NCBI RefSeq assembly: GCF_006345805.1
Contig: NC_043017.1
Span: 9,300,001 to 9,364,000, forward strand
Direction of reading: 5' to 3'
Source: Octopus sinensis
Lineage: Eukaryota
Length of the DNA stretch: 64,000 nt
Shown: positions 1 through 12,678 of the stretch, piece after piece
Numbering within the stretch: the stretch's first letter is position 1
Layout: every line of letters starts with the position of its first letter
Program-made: the position numbers and the translations under genes
Notes under the pieces: model-generated
Database searches by the model: none
Seen by the model: only the letters and a program-made list of their open reading frames with translations
Told to the model about the DNA's origin: nothing

Positions 1-25
1 GTAATTATTATTGTAAGTATTTTAT

Positions 26-290
26 GTGAAAGACACACTGCTCAGTGGTTGGAGCATCGAGCTCCCAATCATGGGGTACTGAGTTCAATTCTTAGACTGG
101 GCTGTGTGTGTGTTTTTGAGCAAAACACTTTATTTCACGTTTGCTCCAGTTCACTCAGCTGTAGAAATGAGTTGTGACATCACTGGTGCCGAGCTGTATC
201 GGCCCCTTTGCCTTTCCCTTGGATAACATCGGTGGGGTGGAGAGGGGATGCTGGTATGCATGGGCGACTGCTGGTCTTCAATAAGCAATT
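26..290 (+). mobile_element. tRNA-derived SINE (family E), decayed
   Basis: A-box-like TGCTCAGTGG (39-48) and B-box-like GAGTTCAATTC (81-91). Body matches other copies at ~25830-26055, ~29605-29860 and ~43590-43900. Confidence 0.75.
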
Positions 291-299
291 ATAAGGTCT

Positions 300-780
300 T
301 GAGCACAACTCCCAGTGGAGTGTTGTGTCCTTGAGCAAGACACTTTATTTCACTCAGCTGGTGGGGAAAATGAGTCGTACATGTATTTCAAAGGGCCAGT
401 CTTGTTCAATTCTGTGCCTCTCTGAATCTCCCTGAGAACTACATTAACCCTTTAGTGTTCAGATTATTCAATCAAACATAATGCCTATTGATTCCCATTG
501 ATTTGAATTAATCATGCATTATCTCATATCTTCAAGATCTTGATGGTGTAATTACTTAATGTAGAATAACATTGTAGGGTAGGTGTGAGAGCCTGGATCT
601 GGTCAGTTTGAACATAAAACAGATGAGCTATTTTGGCCGGATATGGCCGGTTTAAATACTAAAGGGTTAAGGCTACACGCCTGTGGAGTACTCAGCCACT
701 GGCATGTCATATTCAAGAGGAGGCTGTTCTGTTGATCGGATCAGCTGGAACACTCATTGTCATAACCAACTGACAGCCCA
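300..780 (+). mobile_element. SINE (family H) interrupted by a MITE
   Basis: GTGTCCTTGAGCAAGACACTT core and CTGTGGAGTACTCAGCCAC tail, shared with copies at ~25880-26055 and ~50240-50960. Split at a TTAA by the element at 448-666. Confidence 0.7.
448..666. mobile_element. piggyBac-like MITE
   Basis: Terminal inverted repeats CCCTTTAG...CTAAAGGG flanked by TTAA at 444-447 and 667-670. Related copies at 35073-35293, 54448-54673 and ~49175-49368. Confidence 0.85.
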
Positions 781-1002
781 GCCAGTTCTCACACACTCAG
801 CTTGCGGCTGAGAGTATGATTAATGTACCAGCTGTTCACTTAGTCTAAATTAAGGTCATGTGTTCTTTCCAAGTCTCACAAACTCTGCACTTACTCTTTA
901 CTCTGCTAAATAATGCTGTCTTTTTCTGGACCTGCTCTATTTTCATTCTCATTTCTATCTTTTCCGCAGCACTTTTAATTTCTTGGCTCACTGTACCTTC
1001 AG

Positions 1003-1198
1003 ATCATCATCATCATCATCATCACCATCATCAACATCATCATCAACATCATCATCATCATCACATCATCATCATCAACATCATCATCAACATCATCATC
1101 ATCATCATCATCATCAACATCATCATCATCATCAACATCATCATCAACATCATCATCATCACCATCACCAACATCATCATCATCACCATCATCATCAA

Positions 1199-1252
<54 letters not shown>
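1003..1252. repeat. (CAT)n/(CAA) trinucleotide microsatellite
   Basis: Directly visible. Explains the poly-H/I/S/M/D ORFs in the track. Confidence 0.95.
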
Positions 1253-1267
1253 TACTATTATTCAAGA

Positions 1268-1756
1268 TGGCGAGCTGGCAGAACCGTTAGCACGCTGGAC
1301 GAAATGCTTAGCGGCACTTCACCCATTCTTGTGTTCTGAGTTCAAATTCCACCGAGGTCGGCTTTGCCTTTCGTTCTTCCAGGGTCAATGAACTGAGTAC
1401 CAGTGAAACATTGCGGTTGATGTAATCGACTACTCCCCTCCCCACAAATTTCAGGCCTTGTGCCTATAGTAGAAAGGATTTTTATTATTACTACTACAAC
1501 TACTACTACTACTACTACTACTATTGTTGTTGTTGTTATTTTAGGTGGTGAGCTGGCAGAATCATTAGCATGCTGGATGAAGTGCTTCACGGCATTGCAC
1601 CCATTCTTGCGTTCTGAGTTCAGATTCCACCAAGGTTGACTTTGCCTTTCATCCTTTTCAGGGTCAGTAAATTAAGTACCAGCGAAACACTGGGGTCGCT
1701 GTAATTGACTAGCCCTCTCCCCACAAATTTCAGGCCCTGTGACTCCAGTAGAAAAG

Positions 1757-1760
<4 letters not shown>
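1268..1760 (+). mobile_element. two tandem copies of SINE family A
   Basis: GGCGAGCTGGCAGAA head, GAGTTCAAATTCC B-box, GAGGTCGACTTTGCCTTTCATCCTTT core and (ATT)n tails. Copies at ~1268-1480 and ~1543-1760. Confidence 0.9.
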
Positions 1761-1810
<50 letters not shown>

Positions 1811-2185
1811 GAGTGAGGGAGCAGTGCATGCCATCAAAGTGACACTGGGGTAAAATATACGAAGCCCAGTATACCCATCATGACTACCCCTCTGATAAGG
1901 GTGCACTAGGCACATGCATCACAACCATATGTGTGCGACATGGTGATCTCATATTAAAATAAACAGCACATGACCTTGCAGGTGGGGCCCAGTTAGAATT
2001 TTCTTCTGGTCGAGTAGCCCATCCCACTCAAAAGGTCCCTGAATAAGGGTTGTTTAAGGATGTTGAACAAAACACCCATGTTTCCAGAAGTGAATTATTC
2101 AAACCCTAAAGTATCCCTCTCAACACATGATGCTATGATGCTCCCCCACTACTTCTGCTCATGATCAGAGATGCACATATTGTTA
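1811..2185 (-). mobile_element. unclassified interspersed element (family F), embedded in (AAT)n
   Basis: Reverse complement matches copies at 18457-18670 and 18717-19225. Flanked by (ATT)n. Confidence 0.75.
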
Positions 2186-2589
2186 TTATTATTATTATTA
2201 TTATTATTAATTTTGATGTTGCTTTTCTGAACGTTTTCTTTTTTCATATCTTTTCCAGATTTCAACTCTTGTATGCTGTGGGATGTTTTTTAAGGGATTC
2301 TGTGCCCTCTAAAGGATTAATAACTCATAAAATTTGAAGGTCCTTTCTACAAATTACATACCAACATATATATATATATTTCTGTGTATATATAAGTGCG
2401 CTTATATATATGTGCATCTGCGTGTGTATATTCCCTAGCATTCATTTAAACAGTAAGTATTCAGCATTTTTTTTTTGTTTTCCGTTTGTTATATTTTTGT
2501 CTTTTTTGTTGTTGTTGTTGTTGTCTTTTATATTTATTTATCTATTTGTTCTGATTGTTTAAAGCATATTAAATTATCTTTGCTGAAAA

Positions 2590-2638
2590 CGTGTGTGTGT
2601 GTATATGTGTGTGTGTATATAATATGTGTGTGTAATAT

Positions 2639-2693
<55 letters not shown>

Positions 2694-3000
2694 ATATATA
2701 TTTATATATGTATATATGTATGTATATATATATTTATATATGTATATATGTTGTATATATATTTATATATGTATATATGTATCTATATATATATATATAT
2801 ATTATATATGTATATATGTATGTATATATATATATATTTATATATATATTTATATATGTATATATGTATATATATATATATATTATTAGGTATATATGTA
2901 TGTATATATATCTATATATATAATATGTATGTTATATATATATTTATATATGTTATATGAATGTAATATAATTATATATTTATTATGTATATTTGTATGT
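2590..3000. repeat. compound (TA)n/(TATG)n microsatellite
   Basis: Directly visible. Confidence 0.95.
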
Positions 3001-3001
3001 A

Positions 3002-6000
3002 TCATCATCATCATCATCATCATTTAGCGTCCGTTTTCCATGCTAGCATGGGTTGGACGGTTCAACTGGGGTCTGGGGAGCCCGAAGGCTGCACCAGGCC
3101 AGTCAGATCTGGCAGTGTTTCTACAGCTGGATGCCCTTCCTAACGCCAACCACTCCGAGAGTGTAGTGGGTGATTTTATGTGCCACCGACACAGGTGCCA
3201 GACGAGGCTGGCGAACGGCCACGCTCGGATGGTGTTTTTATGTGCCACCGACACAGGTGCCAGACGAGGCTGGCAGACGGCCACGCTCGGATGGTGTTTT
3301 TATGTGCCACCGACACAGGTGCCAGATGAGGCTGGCAGGTGCCAGACGAGGCTGGCAGACGGCCACGCTCGGATGGTGTTTTTATGTGCCACCGACACAG
3401 GTGCCAGATGAGGCTGGCGGACGGCCACGATCGGATGGTGTTTGTTACGTCCCCAAAGCACGGAGGCCAGTCTATGCGGTACTGGCTACGGCCACGTTCG
3501 GATGATTCTTGTGTGCCACCGGCACTGGTACCACAAAGATACAAATTCCATTTATGCTCATCTATTTTGATTTGTTTTGATTTGATTTGATTTTCACTTG
3601 CCTCAACAGGTCTTCACAAGTGTCACTTGCCTCAACAGGTCTTCACAAGTGTCACAAGAAGGAAGGTATGCACAGGTGGACTGTCTACGTCGCCGGGTCT
3701 TCGGATGGTGTCTTTATGTGCCACCGACACAGGTGCCAGATGTGGCTGGCGAACGGCCACGATCGGATGGTTTTCTTGTGTGCCACCGGTACTGGAACCA
3801 CAAAGATACAAATTCCATTGATGTTCATCTATTTTGATTTGGTTTGATTTTCACTTGCCTCAACAGGTCTCACAAGTGTCACGCGTGTCCTTGTGTGCCA
3901 CCGGTACTGGAACCACAAAGATACAAATTCCATTGATGTTCATCTATTTTGATTTGGTTTGATTTTCACTTGCCTCAACAGGTCTTCACAAGTGTCACGC
4001 GTGTCACACACTTGCCTCACAGGTCTCCACAAGTGTCACACACTTGCCTCTGCCTCAACAGGTCTTCACAAAGTGTCACACACTTGCCTCTGCCTCAACA
4101 GGTCTTCACAAGTGTCATAAGAGGGAAGGTATGCACAGGTGGACTGACTACGTCGCCGGGTCTTTGGATGGTGTTTTTATGTGCCACCGACACAGGTGCC
4201 AGGTGAGGCTGGCGAACGGCCACGATCAGATGGTGTTTGTTGTGCCCACAGCACGGAGGCCAGTCGATGCGGTACCAGCTACGGCCACTTCGGATGGTTT
4301 TCTTGTGTGCCACCGGTACTGGAACCACAAAGATACAAATTCCATTGATATTCATCTATTTTGATTTGGTTTGATTTTTGATTTTTGATTTTCACTTGCC
4401 TCAACAGGTCTTCACAAGTGTCACACACTTGCCTCAACAGGTCTTCACAAGTGTCATAAGAGGGAAGGTATGCACAGGTGGACTGACTACGTCGCCGGGT
4501 CTTCGGATGGTGTCTTTATGTGCCACCGGCACAGGTGCCAGATGAGGCTGGCGAACGGCCACGATCGGATGGTGTTTGGGTCTTCGGATGGTGTCCTTAT
4601 GTGCCCCGGCACAGGTGCCAGATGAGGCTGGCGAACGGCCACGATCGGATGGTGTTTGTTGTGCCCACAGCACGGAGGCCAGTCGATGCGGTACTGGTTA
4701 CGGCCACGTTTGGGTGGTTTTTTGTGTGCCACCGGCACTGGTACCACAAAGAATACAATTCCACTGATGTTCATCTATTTTGATTTGTTTTGATTTGATT
4801 TGATTTTCACTTGCCTCAACAGGTCTTCATAAGTGTCACAAGAAGGAAGGTATGCACAGGACTGACTACGTCCCAGGTCGGGGCCACGGGTTATGGCCTG
4901 ACTAGTCTTGCCGGGTCTTCTCATGCACAGCATACTTCCATAGGTCTCGGTCTCTAGACATTTCCTTAGTGAGACCTAAAGTTCGAAGGTCGTGCTTCAC
5001 CACCTCGTCCCAGGTTTTCCTGGGTCTACCTCTTCCACAGGTTCCCTCCACTGCTAGGGTGTAGCACTTTTGCACACAACTATCTTCAGCCTTTCTTGTC
5101 ACATGACCATACCAGCGCAGCCGTCTCTCTTGCACGCCACAACTGACGCTTCTTAGGTTCAGCTTTTCTCTCAAGGAACTTACACTCTGACGATTATGAA
5201 CACTGACATTACACATCCATCGGAGCATACTGGCTTCATTTCTTGCGAGCTTACGCATATCCTCAGCAGTCACGGCCCATGTTTCACTACCATGTAGCAT
5301 GGCTGTACGTACACATGCATCATACAGTCTGCCTTTTACTCTGAGCGAGAGGCCTTTTGTCACCAGCAGGGGTAAGAGCTCTCTAAACTTTGCCCAGGCT
5401 ATTCTTACTCTAGCAGTTACACTTTCAGCACACCCACCCCCGCTACTGACTTGGTCTCCTAGGTAGCGGAAGCTATCAACTATTTCTAGTTTGTCTCCCT
5501 GGAACGTGGCAGAAGTTGGTCTCTGCATATTTCCAGTGTTTATTGCTCCTGAGCATTTGCCACAGACAAAACTATTTTCCTAGTTAGCCTTCCTTTGACA
5601 TTGCTGCACCTCTTATGTGTCCATAGCTTACACTTGGTGCATCTTATAGAGTTTCTACCTACACCTTTTTTACAGATCGAGCAGGGCCATCTACCTGAAG
5701 GCGTTTGTGATTGATCTACCTTCCTACTTATTAGAACTTTGGTTTTGGCTAGGTTGATTCTAAGGCCCTTCGATTCTAATCCTTGTTTCCACACCTGGAA
5801 CTTCTCCTCCAGTTCTGATAGTGACTCAGCAATTAGAGCAAGGTCATCAGCATAGAGGAGCTCCCAGGGGCAACCTGTCTTGAATTCCTCCGTTATTGCC
5901 TGGAGGACTATGATAAATAGGAGGGGACTGAGGACTGAACCTTGGTGGACCCCAACCTCTACCCGGAATTCTTCACTGTACTCGTTGCCCACCCTCACCT

Positions 6001-7602
6001 TACTAGCAGCGTCTCTGTACATGGCTTGCACAGCTCTCACCAACCATTCTTCTATCCCTAGTTTCCTCATTGACCACCAGATAAGGGACCGGGGGACCCT
6101 GTCAAAGGCTTTCTCCAAGTCAACAAAAGCCAGGTACAAGGGCTTATCTTTGGCTAGGTATTTCTCCTGCAGCTGTCTTACCAGGAATATAGCATCAGTA
6201 GTACTTTTCCCTGGCACGAACCCAAACTGCATATCATCTAAGGTAACTCTCTCTCTAATTAGTTCGGCTACAACCCTCTCCGTAACCTTCATTACCTGAT
6301 CCAGCAGCTTGATGCCCCTGTAGTTATTTGTCTCTAGGGCGTCGCCTTTACCTTTGTAGCAGTTGACTATTATGCTGCTACACCAGTCATTGGGTATGAC
6401 CCCCTCGTGTATCACCTGGTTAACTATACGGGTGACTAAGCTATAGCCGACACCACCAGATATTTTGAGCATCTCTGCAGTAATTCCTGATGGGCCTGGG
6501 GCTTTCCCTGTTTTCATGCTTCTAATTGCCTTATCTACTAAGGAACTGTTAACTCGGATTGCTGGTCCCTCTGTTGGGTCGACATTCGGCAGACACTCTT
6601 TATCCCATTCATTTTCTTCATTCAGCAACCTATCATAGTGGCGTCTCCAAGTCTCTCTCTTTGCACCCTCATTAAGTGCAAGTGAACCGTCCTCCTTGCG
6701 AACACATTTCTCTCCTACCACGTCACGATTCTCTCTCACACACTGTCTTGCAACACGAAATACCTCAAGTCTTTCATCCTCACGACGCAGGACATTGGCA
6801 AATTTTTCCTTCTCTGCTTCCCCTCTGGCTAGATAGACCTGTCTCCTGGCTTCCCTTCTGGCAGACTGATACACTTCCCTGCTACCACCGTTCTTCCAGG
6901 CCTTCCAAGCCTGTTTCTTTTGTCTAATAGCCCTGTCAACAATATTGTTCCACCACCACGTTATTTTGGGTCTTAAGGGGACTTTGCACCAGCCACAGAT
7001 CTGGTCAGCGGCTTTCAGCAGGTTGTCCCTCAGAAGCGTCCAGTTGTCTTCTACCCCATGCGTAGCTATACTCCCTTCCATTTCGTCTAAAGCTTCAAAT
7101 AACATATCTCTAAATCTCTGTCCATTCGCAGGGTCTTTAAGCTTCCAGACCCTTCTTCTCCATGTTGGTCGTCTTCTAGTCGCCCTCTTAGTCCTGATCC
7201 TAAAGTCACTAACTACCAGTCTATGTTGTGGGGTGCATTCTTCACTTGGGAAGGTTTTGGCATTTATAAGCAGCCATCTTTCCCTTTTTCTGGCAAGGAT
7301 GTAGTCGATTTGGCTAGTATGCCGGCCCGATCGGTAGGTGACCAGGTGGCTTGTCGGTTTCCTGAAGTTAGTGTTGCAAATCATAAGACTATTCGCATCG
7401 CAGAACTCCAGCAGCCTGGTTCCCTCCTCGTTGCGGGAACCATAACCGTAGCCTCCATGCACGCCATGGAAGCCCCGCACGTCGTCCAACATGTCCATTG
7501 AAGTCACCAGCCACAAAGAGAAGGTCCCTGTCGTTCGTCAATGATGTGGTCTGCAGTAGGGTGTCATAGAAACAGTCTTTCTGTCCATCAGGTAGCCCTG
7601 GC
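3002..7602 (-). mobile_element. 5'-truncated RTE-clade LINE with expanded 3' UTR and (GAT)n tail
   Basis: Endonuclease and RT coding sequence at 4902-7602. 3' UTR at 3024-4901 ends in the GGCGTTAGGAAGGGCATCCAGC...ACGCTAAA motif, followed by (GAT)n at 3002-3023. The 5' end abuts a (TA)n tract. Confidence 0.93.
4902..7602 (-). pseudogene. RTE ORF2 (APE endonuclease C-terminal half + reverse transcriptase + internal PHD-like finger), two frameshifts
   Basis: Motifs [23 protein letters not shown] (APE); KAPGPSG, NYRGIKLL, QFGF, AFVDLEKAFDRVP, GVHQGSVLSPLLF, LYADD, FRYLG, RRLRWYGHV (RT and C-terminus). Frame changes at the C-run 7473-7476 and the A-run 5568-5571. Confidence 0.93.
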
Positions 7603-7820
7603 ATATTTATATATGTATATATGTATGTATATATATATTTATATATGTAATATGTATATATATTATAAATTTTTATATATGTATGTATATATATATATTT
7701 ATATATGTATATACCTATATATATATATGTGTGAGTGTGTGTGTATATATATATATGTACACATTTTCTATACTCTATGCAATTTTTTCCTATTTGATAT
7801 AGGCTTCCATTTGTGTATAG

Positions 7821-7866
<46 letters not shown>

Positions 7867-7923
7867 CTAGTATTATATATAATATCTCTCAACTTGTGTG
7901 TATGTGTGGGTATATAAATACAG

Positions 7924-7959
<36 letters not shown>

Positions 7960-8266
7960 CCTGTGTTGTTGAACATGAGCTCAGAGTATCAACCACGACG
8001 CAATCATTTGTCATATTTATAACATTGTGTGTATACATGTATTTGTATGTATGTATGTATGTATATATATTTGTGTGTGTATGTCTATATATATATATGT
8101 ATGTATTGTTTGTAGGTGGATGTGTGTGTGTGTGTGTATGTGTTTGTATATAATTGCTCTATTATATATTTATATATTTTCGTGTGGACACCTATCTAGC
8201 ATGGCTTTATACTTTGACACATTGTTTATCATATTCTGTTACAAACGCTTGTAAACAGAAGCCTAA

Positions 8267-8301
<35 letters not shown>

Positions 8302-8807
8302 TGTGACTTTGTGTATATCTCAATGTGTGTAGTATGTGTGTATATTTGTGTACGTCTCTGCGTGTGTGTTTGTGTGACGTCTGTATCTGAATGTGCGAGT
8401 GTGTGTCGTGTGTATATGTATGTGACAATAAGTGATATGATATAGTTTTATGTGTGTCTATATGAATATGTATGTGTTAATATATGCTACACACACACAC
8501 GCACATTCACATACACACACACATCTGCGTGTGTGTGTGTGTGTGTGCTACTGTCGTCGCCACCACCAACACATGCAAGTTACTGTGACAAATGGGTGGG
8601 TGCTTGTTTGATGAATGTGTCTGTGTTGGCTTAAAGGGGTGGATGGGAAGGTGGAACCATACATGTGGTTGGTGATCATTAAGTGACATTGATAACACCC
8701 TTAAAAAGTGGGTCCATGGACCCTTAGGGAACCAGCATGGGGGTTACAGGCAACGCCTGTTTTCATTCCATTTCATAGGAAATGGAAATGTAGGAGTGTG
8801 TGTGTGT

Positions 8808-8965
8808 GTATGTAGGGTAGATGCAGGCAGGGCCATGTGGTAAGAAGTTTGCATCTCAACCATGTGGTTTCAGGTTCAGTCCTACTGTGTGGCACCTTAG
8901 GCAACTGTCGTCTGCTATAGTTTTTGGCGGGACCAATGCCTTGTGAGTTGATCTGGAAGAAGCCT
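8808..8965 (+). mobile_element. SINE family B (tRNA head + CORE-like GCACCTTGGGCAAGTGTCTT), partial
   Basis: Matches full-length copies at 50361-50766 and 52855-53245. Confidence 0.8.
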
Positions 8966-9011
8966 GTTTTTTCCCTCTGTCTTCCCTTCTCTGGATCTTT
9001 CCTTCTCCTAT

Positions 9012-9046
9012 GTTTCCGATGAAGAGCTCCGCTCGAAACGTTAAAC
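9012..9046 (+). ncRNA. minimal hammerhead-ribozyme-like motif in a Penelope-like/retrozyme element (~8965-9145)
   Basis: GTTT-CCGATGA-A-GAGC(TCC)GCTC-GAAA-CGT-T-AAAC: stem I, core, stem II, palindromic ACGT stem III. Confidence 0.6.
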
Positions 9047-9166
9047 CCTCCTTCTTTCCTTCTTTCCTCAGCGTCCAATAATACTATATTTGTTCCACGT
9101 CCTCGCGTTGTGTTTTTTTGTGCTTTCTTCTTTGGATTAACTATATATATATATATAATGTTTACC

Positions 9167-10077
9167 TATTTCTTTATTACCCACAAGGGGCTAAACACAG
9201 AGGGGACAAACAAGGACAGACATAGGTATTAAGTCGATTACATCGACTCCAGTGCGTAACTGGTACTTAATTTATCGACCCCGAAAGGATGAAGGGCAAA
9301 GTCGACCTCGGCAGAATTTGAACTCAGAACGTAACGCAGACGAAATACCGCTAAGCATTTCGCCTGGCGTGCTAACGTTTCTGCCAGCTCGCCGCCTTTA
9401 GTTTATACTATCAACCCCAGGTGCTGTCAATTACATCAGACCCCATTGGGTGGAAGGCAAAGTTGACCCATAACAAATTCCGCAAGGTATTTTAGCAGTT
9501 GTGAAAGGAATGAAAGACAGAGGTGACCGTGGCAAGATTTGCAGCAAATATCAAATGGTATATTTTCCAATGCTCTAGGGATTCTGTCGGCTTACCACCT
9601 TAAGAATAATCCTTTCTACTAAAGGCACAGGGCCTGAAATTTGGGGTGGGGGATCGAATAGATCAACCCCAGTACTCATTGACCCCCGAAAAACATGAGA
9701 GGTGAAGTCAGCTATGGCAGAATTTGAACTCAGAACATAAAGACAGACAAAATGTCACAAAGAGTTTTACTCAGCATGCTAACAATCCTGCCAGCTCACC
9801 ACCTGAAATAATAATAATAATGATAATAACAATAACAATAACAACAACAGCAATCCTTTCTACGAAAGCACAAGGCCTGAAATTTGGAGGGAGGGGACTT
9901 GTTGATTACATCGACCCCAGTGCGTAACTGGTACTTAATTTATCAACCCCGAAAGGATGAAAGGCAAAGTTGAACTCAAAACGTAAAGACAGGTGAAATA
10001 CCACAGAGCATTTTGCCCGGTGTGCTAACGATTCCACAAGCCCACCACCTTAAATAATAATAATAATAATAATAATG

Positions 10078-10111
<34 letters not shown>

Positions 10112-10545
10112 AAATAATGGTTTCAAATTTTGCCACAAGGGCAGAAATTTTGGAGGAGAGGATGAGTTGATTACAATGACCCCAGTGTTAAACTGGTACT
10201 TATTTTATCAACCCCAAAAGGATGGAAGGCAAAGTTGACCTTGGCGGGATTTGAACTCGGAACATAAAGACAGACGAAATGCTTAGCAGCATTTCGCCTG
10301 GTGTGCTAACAACTCTGCCAGCTCACCTCCTTAGTAATGATAATAATAATAATAATAATAATAATAATTTTTTCTATGATAGGCCCAAGTCCTAAAATTT
10401 TGTGGGAGGGGACCAGTCGATTACGTGCTTATTTCATCGTCCCAGAAAGGATGAAAGGCAAAGTCGACCTCAGCAGAATTTGAACTCGGCATACAAAAGG
10501 CAAATGAAATACTGCTAAGCATTTTGTCCAACATGCTAATGGTGA
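9167..10545 (-). mobile_element. cluster of ~5 co-oriented SINE family A copies separated by (AAT)n
   Basis: Repeated GAAAGGATGAAAGGCAAAGT...GAATTTGAACTC...CTGCCAGCTC at ~9167-9396, 9610-9805, 9850-10050, 10120-10335 and 10370-10545. Confidence 0.9.
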
Positions 10546-10819
10546 CCATAATAGAGGCCCAAGGCCAGAAGGTTGTGGTTGCCAATGATGATGATGGTGA
10601 TGGTGATTGTCCTACCTCCACCACCACCACCATTTAGCACTGGATTTTGTTTGTTTTTGTTGTTTTTTGTTTGTTTGTTTGCTTTTTTTTTTTCTTTTAA
10701 AGAAATCAAAGAAAAGGTGTGGTGATTTTTTCGATATGTATGAGTGTTTATCAGCTGATGTATGTAAATGGGTTTTTTTTTTCTTCTTTAAAACCAGGAT
10801 GTCCTATATTTATTTACAC

Positions 10820-11060
10820 ACACACACACACCTCCACAAACACTCACACCTCCACAAACACACACACACCTCCACAAACACACACATCCACAAACACACA
10901 CACACCTCCACAAACACACACATCCACAAACACACACACACCTCCACAAACACTCACACCTCCACAAACACACACACATCCACAAACACACACACACAAA
11001 AACACACATTCACACACTTCCACACACATTCACACACGAAAACACACACACATACACACA
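10820..11060. repeat. CA-derived minisatellite (CACACACCTCCACAAACA-like units)
   Basis: Directly visible tandem units. Confidence 0.85.
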
Positions 11061-11389
11061 ACAAGAGCCAGTTGTAGACATGCCCTATCCTGTTTTTGTA
11101 ACTGACATACTGTTTTTGGACGAGGCACAGCAGTGAAAAGACATTCGCTTCACAGCAGTGCAGTCCTGGGTTCAATCCTGCTGCAAGATACTTTGGGTAA
11201 ATATCATTTTTTTTTGTATGTGTCTGTATCCCTGAGTTGGACCTTAGCTTGAGAGTGAAATCAAGTAGATGGAAACTGTGTTGAAGCCTCTTCAGTAGCT
11301 TGTACCAGTAATCCACAAGGTTCCTGTCTTGTCACTCATTGCATTATGTTGGTTCTACCTGAAAATTGCATGAAAGACACACAGACTAC

Positions 11390-11560
11390 TGTAGATGTGG
11401 CTGTATGGGTAAGAAGCTTGCTTCTCAACCATATGGTTTTGGGTTCAGTCCCACTCTGTGACAACTTGAGCCAGTGTCTTCTGGTATAGTCCCAAGCTAC
11501 CAAATGCTTTCTGAGACAATTTGGTTGATGGAAACTGAAAGAAGCCCATTGCGTATGTAT
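11390..11560 (+). mobile_element. SINE family B, 5' part
   Basis: GTGGCTGTATGGGTAAGAAGCTTGCTT...GATGGAAACTGAAAGAAGCC. Confidence 0.8.
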
Positions 11561-11568
11561 GTACATAG

Positions 11569-11618
<50 letters not shown>

Positions 11619-11845
11619 TATATATGGTGGTAGTAGTAGTAGTAGTAGCACCAGCTAATCTTATGATCTCAGACATTCCAACTGTGACTATCCCATTTGT
11701 CCCTTTTTATGTTCAGACTTAATGTATCTAGGATTACATTATATCATATTATAAATATATATATATATACCGGAGTAAACATATAAATGTGAAACAAGGT
11801 GGAAAAAAGAGTACTCAAATACCAGGGGTAGAGTAATATGCTTTA

Positions 11846-12014
11846 TTTAAAAGCAGCAGAAATTCAACAAAACCTGTTACTCTGAGTTTCCCGTTCCCGT
11901 TCGTCGGACAGTTTTTGTTTTTGTTTTGTTTGTTTTTTTAAACAAAAACTGTCCGACGAACGGGAACGGGAAACTCAGAGTAACAGGTTTTGTTGAATTT
12001 CTGCTGCTTTTAAA
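11846..12014. repeat. perfect 75-bp inverted repeat (19-nt loop) in a Penelope-like element flanked by (TA)n
   Basis: 11846-11920 is the exact reverse complement of 11940-12014. Each arm carries a hammerhead-like motif. Confidence 0.92.
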
Positions 12015-12284
12015 CAAAGTATATATATATATATATATAAATAATGAGGGAGATAAATTAATATTAATTTTAATATCAATTTAAAACCAGTGGTCTAGCA
12101 TACAAAAAATCTGAGAAGTCAGAGAAAATTCTAATATATGTGTATATTGGCAGGACTTACTGCTAGGAAGTCGGCCGTATGCTAGAAATAGATCATCAAC
12201 GATCAAACTACAATGAAATTCTCTAGAGGAAAAATTCAGCGAACACCAGAACCAAATTTGGCGGGCAGGACTGTAGTTTGATCG

Positions 12285-12341
<57 letters not shown>

Positions 12342-12640
12342 AAAGAAGAAAAAGAAAATGGGGATTGGGAAGTTAATAATTGTTTATTATTAACAGCAAA
12401 TTAATCATCATCCCTTACAGCTGTTTCAATTAATACTCTGTAAATATTAAGTCAATATTTTATTTATTATATGACCTGAGCATGATATCTTCAGAGGGGA
12501 AAAAAATTAAATTAAGTATAGTTATTTTTACTGAACCACTAAGTTACTGGGATGTAAACAAACCAGCACCAGTTGTCAAATAATGATGGGAGACAAGCAC
12601 AAGGACTCCTACACACATTCACCCATACAGACACCTCTAT

Positions 12641-12678
<38 letters not shown>

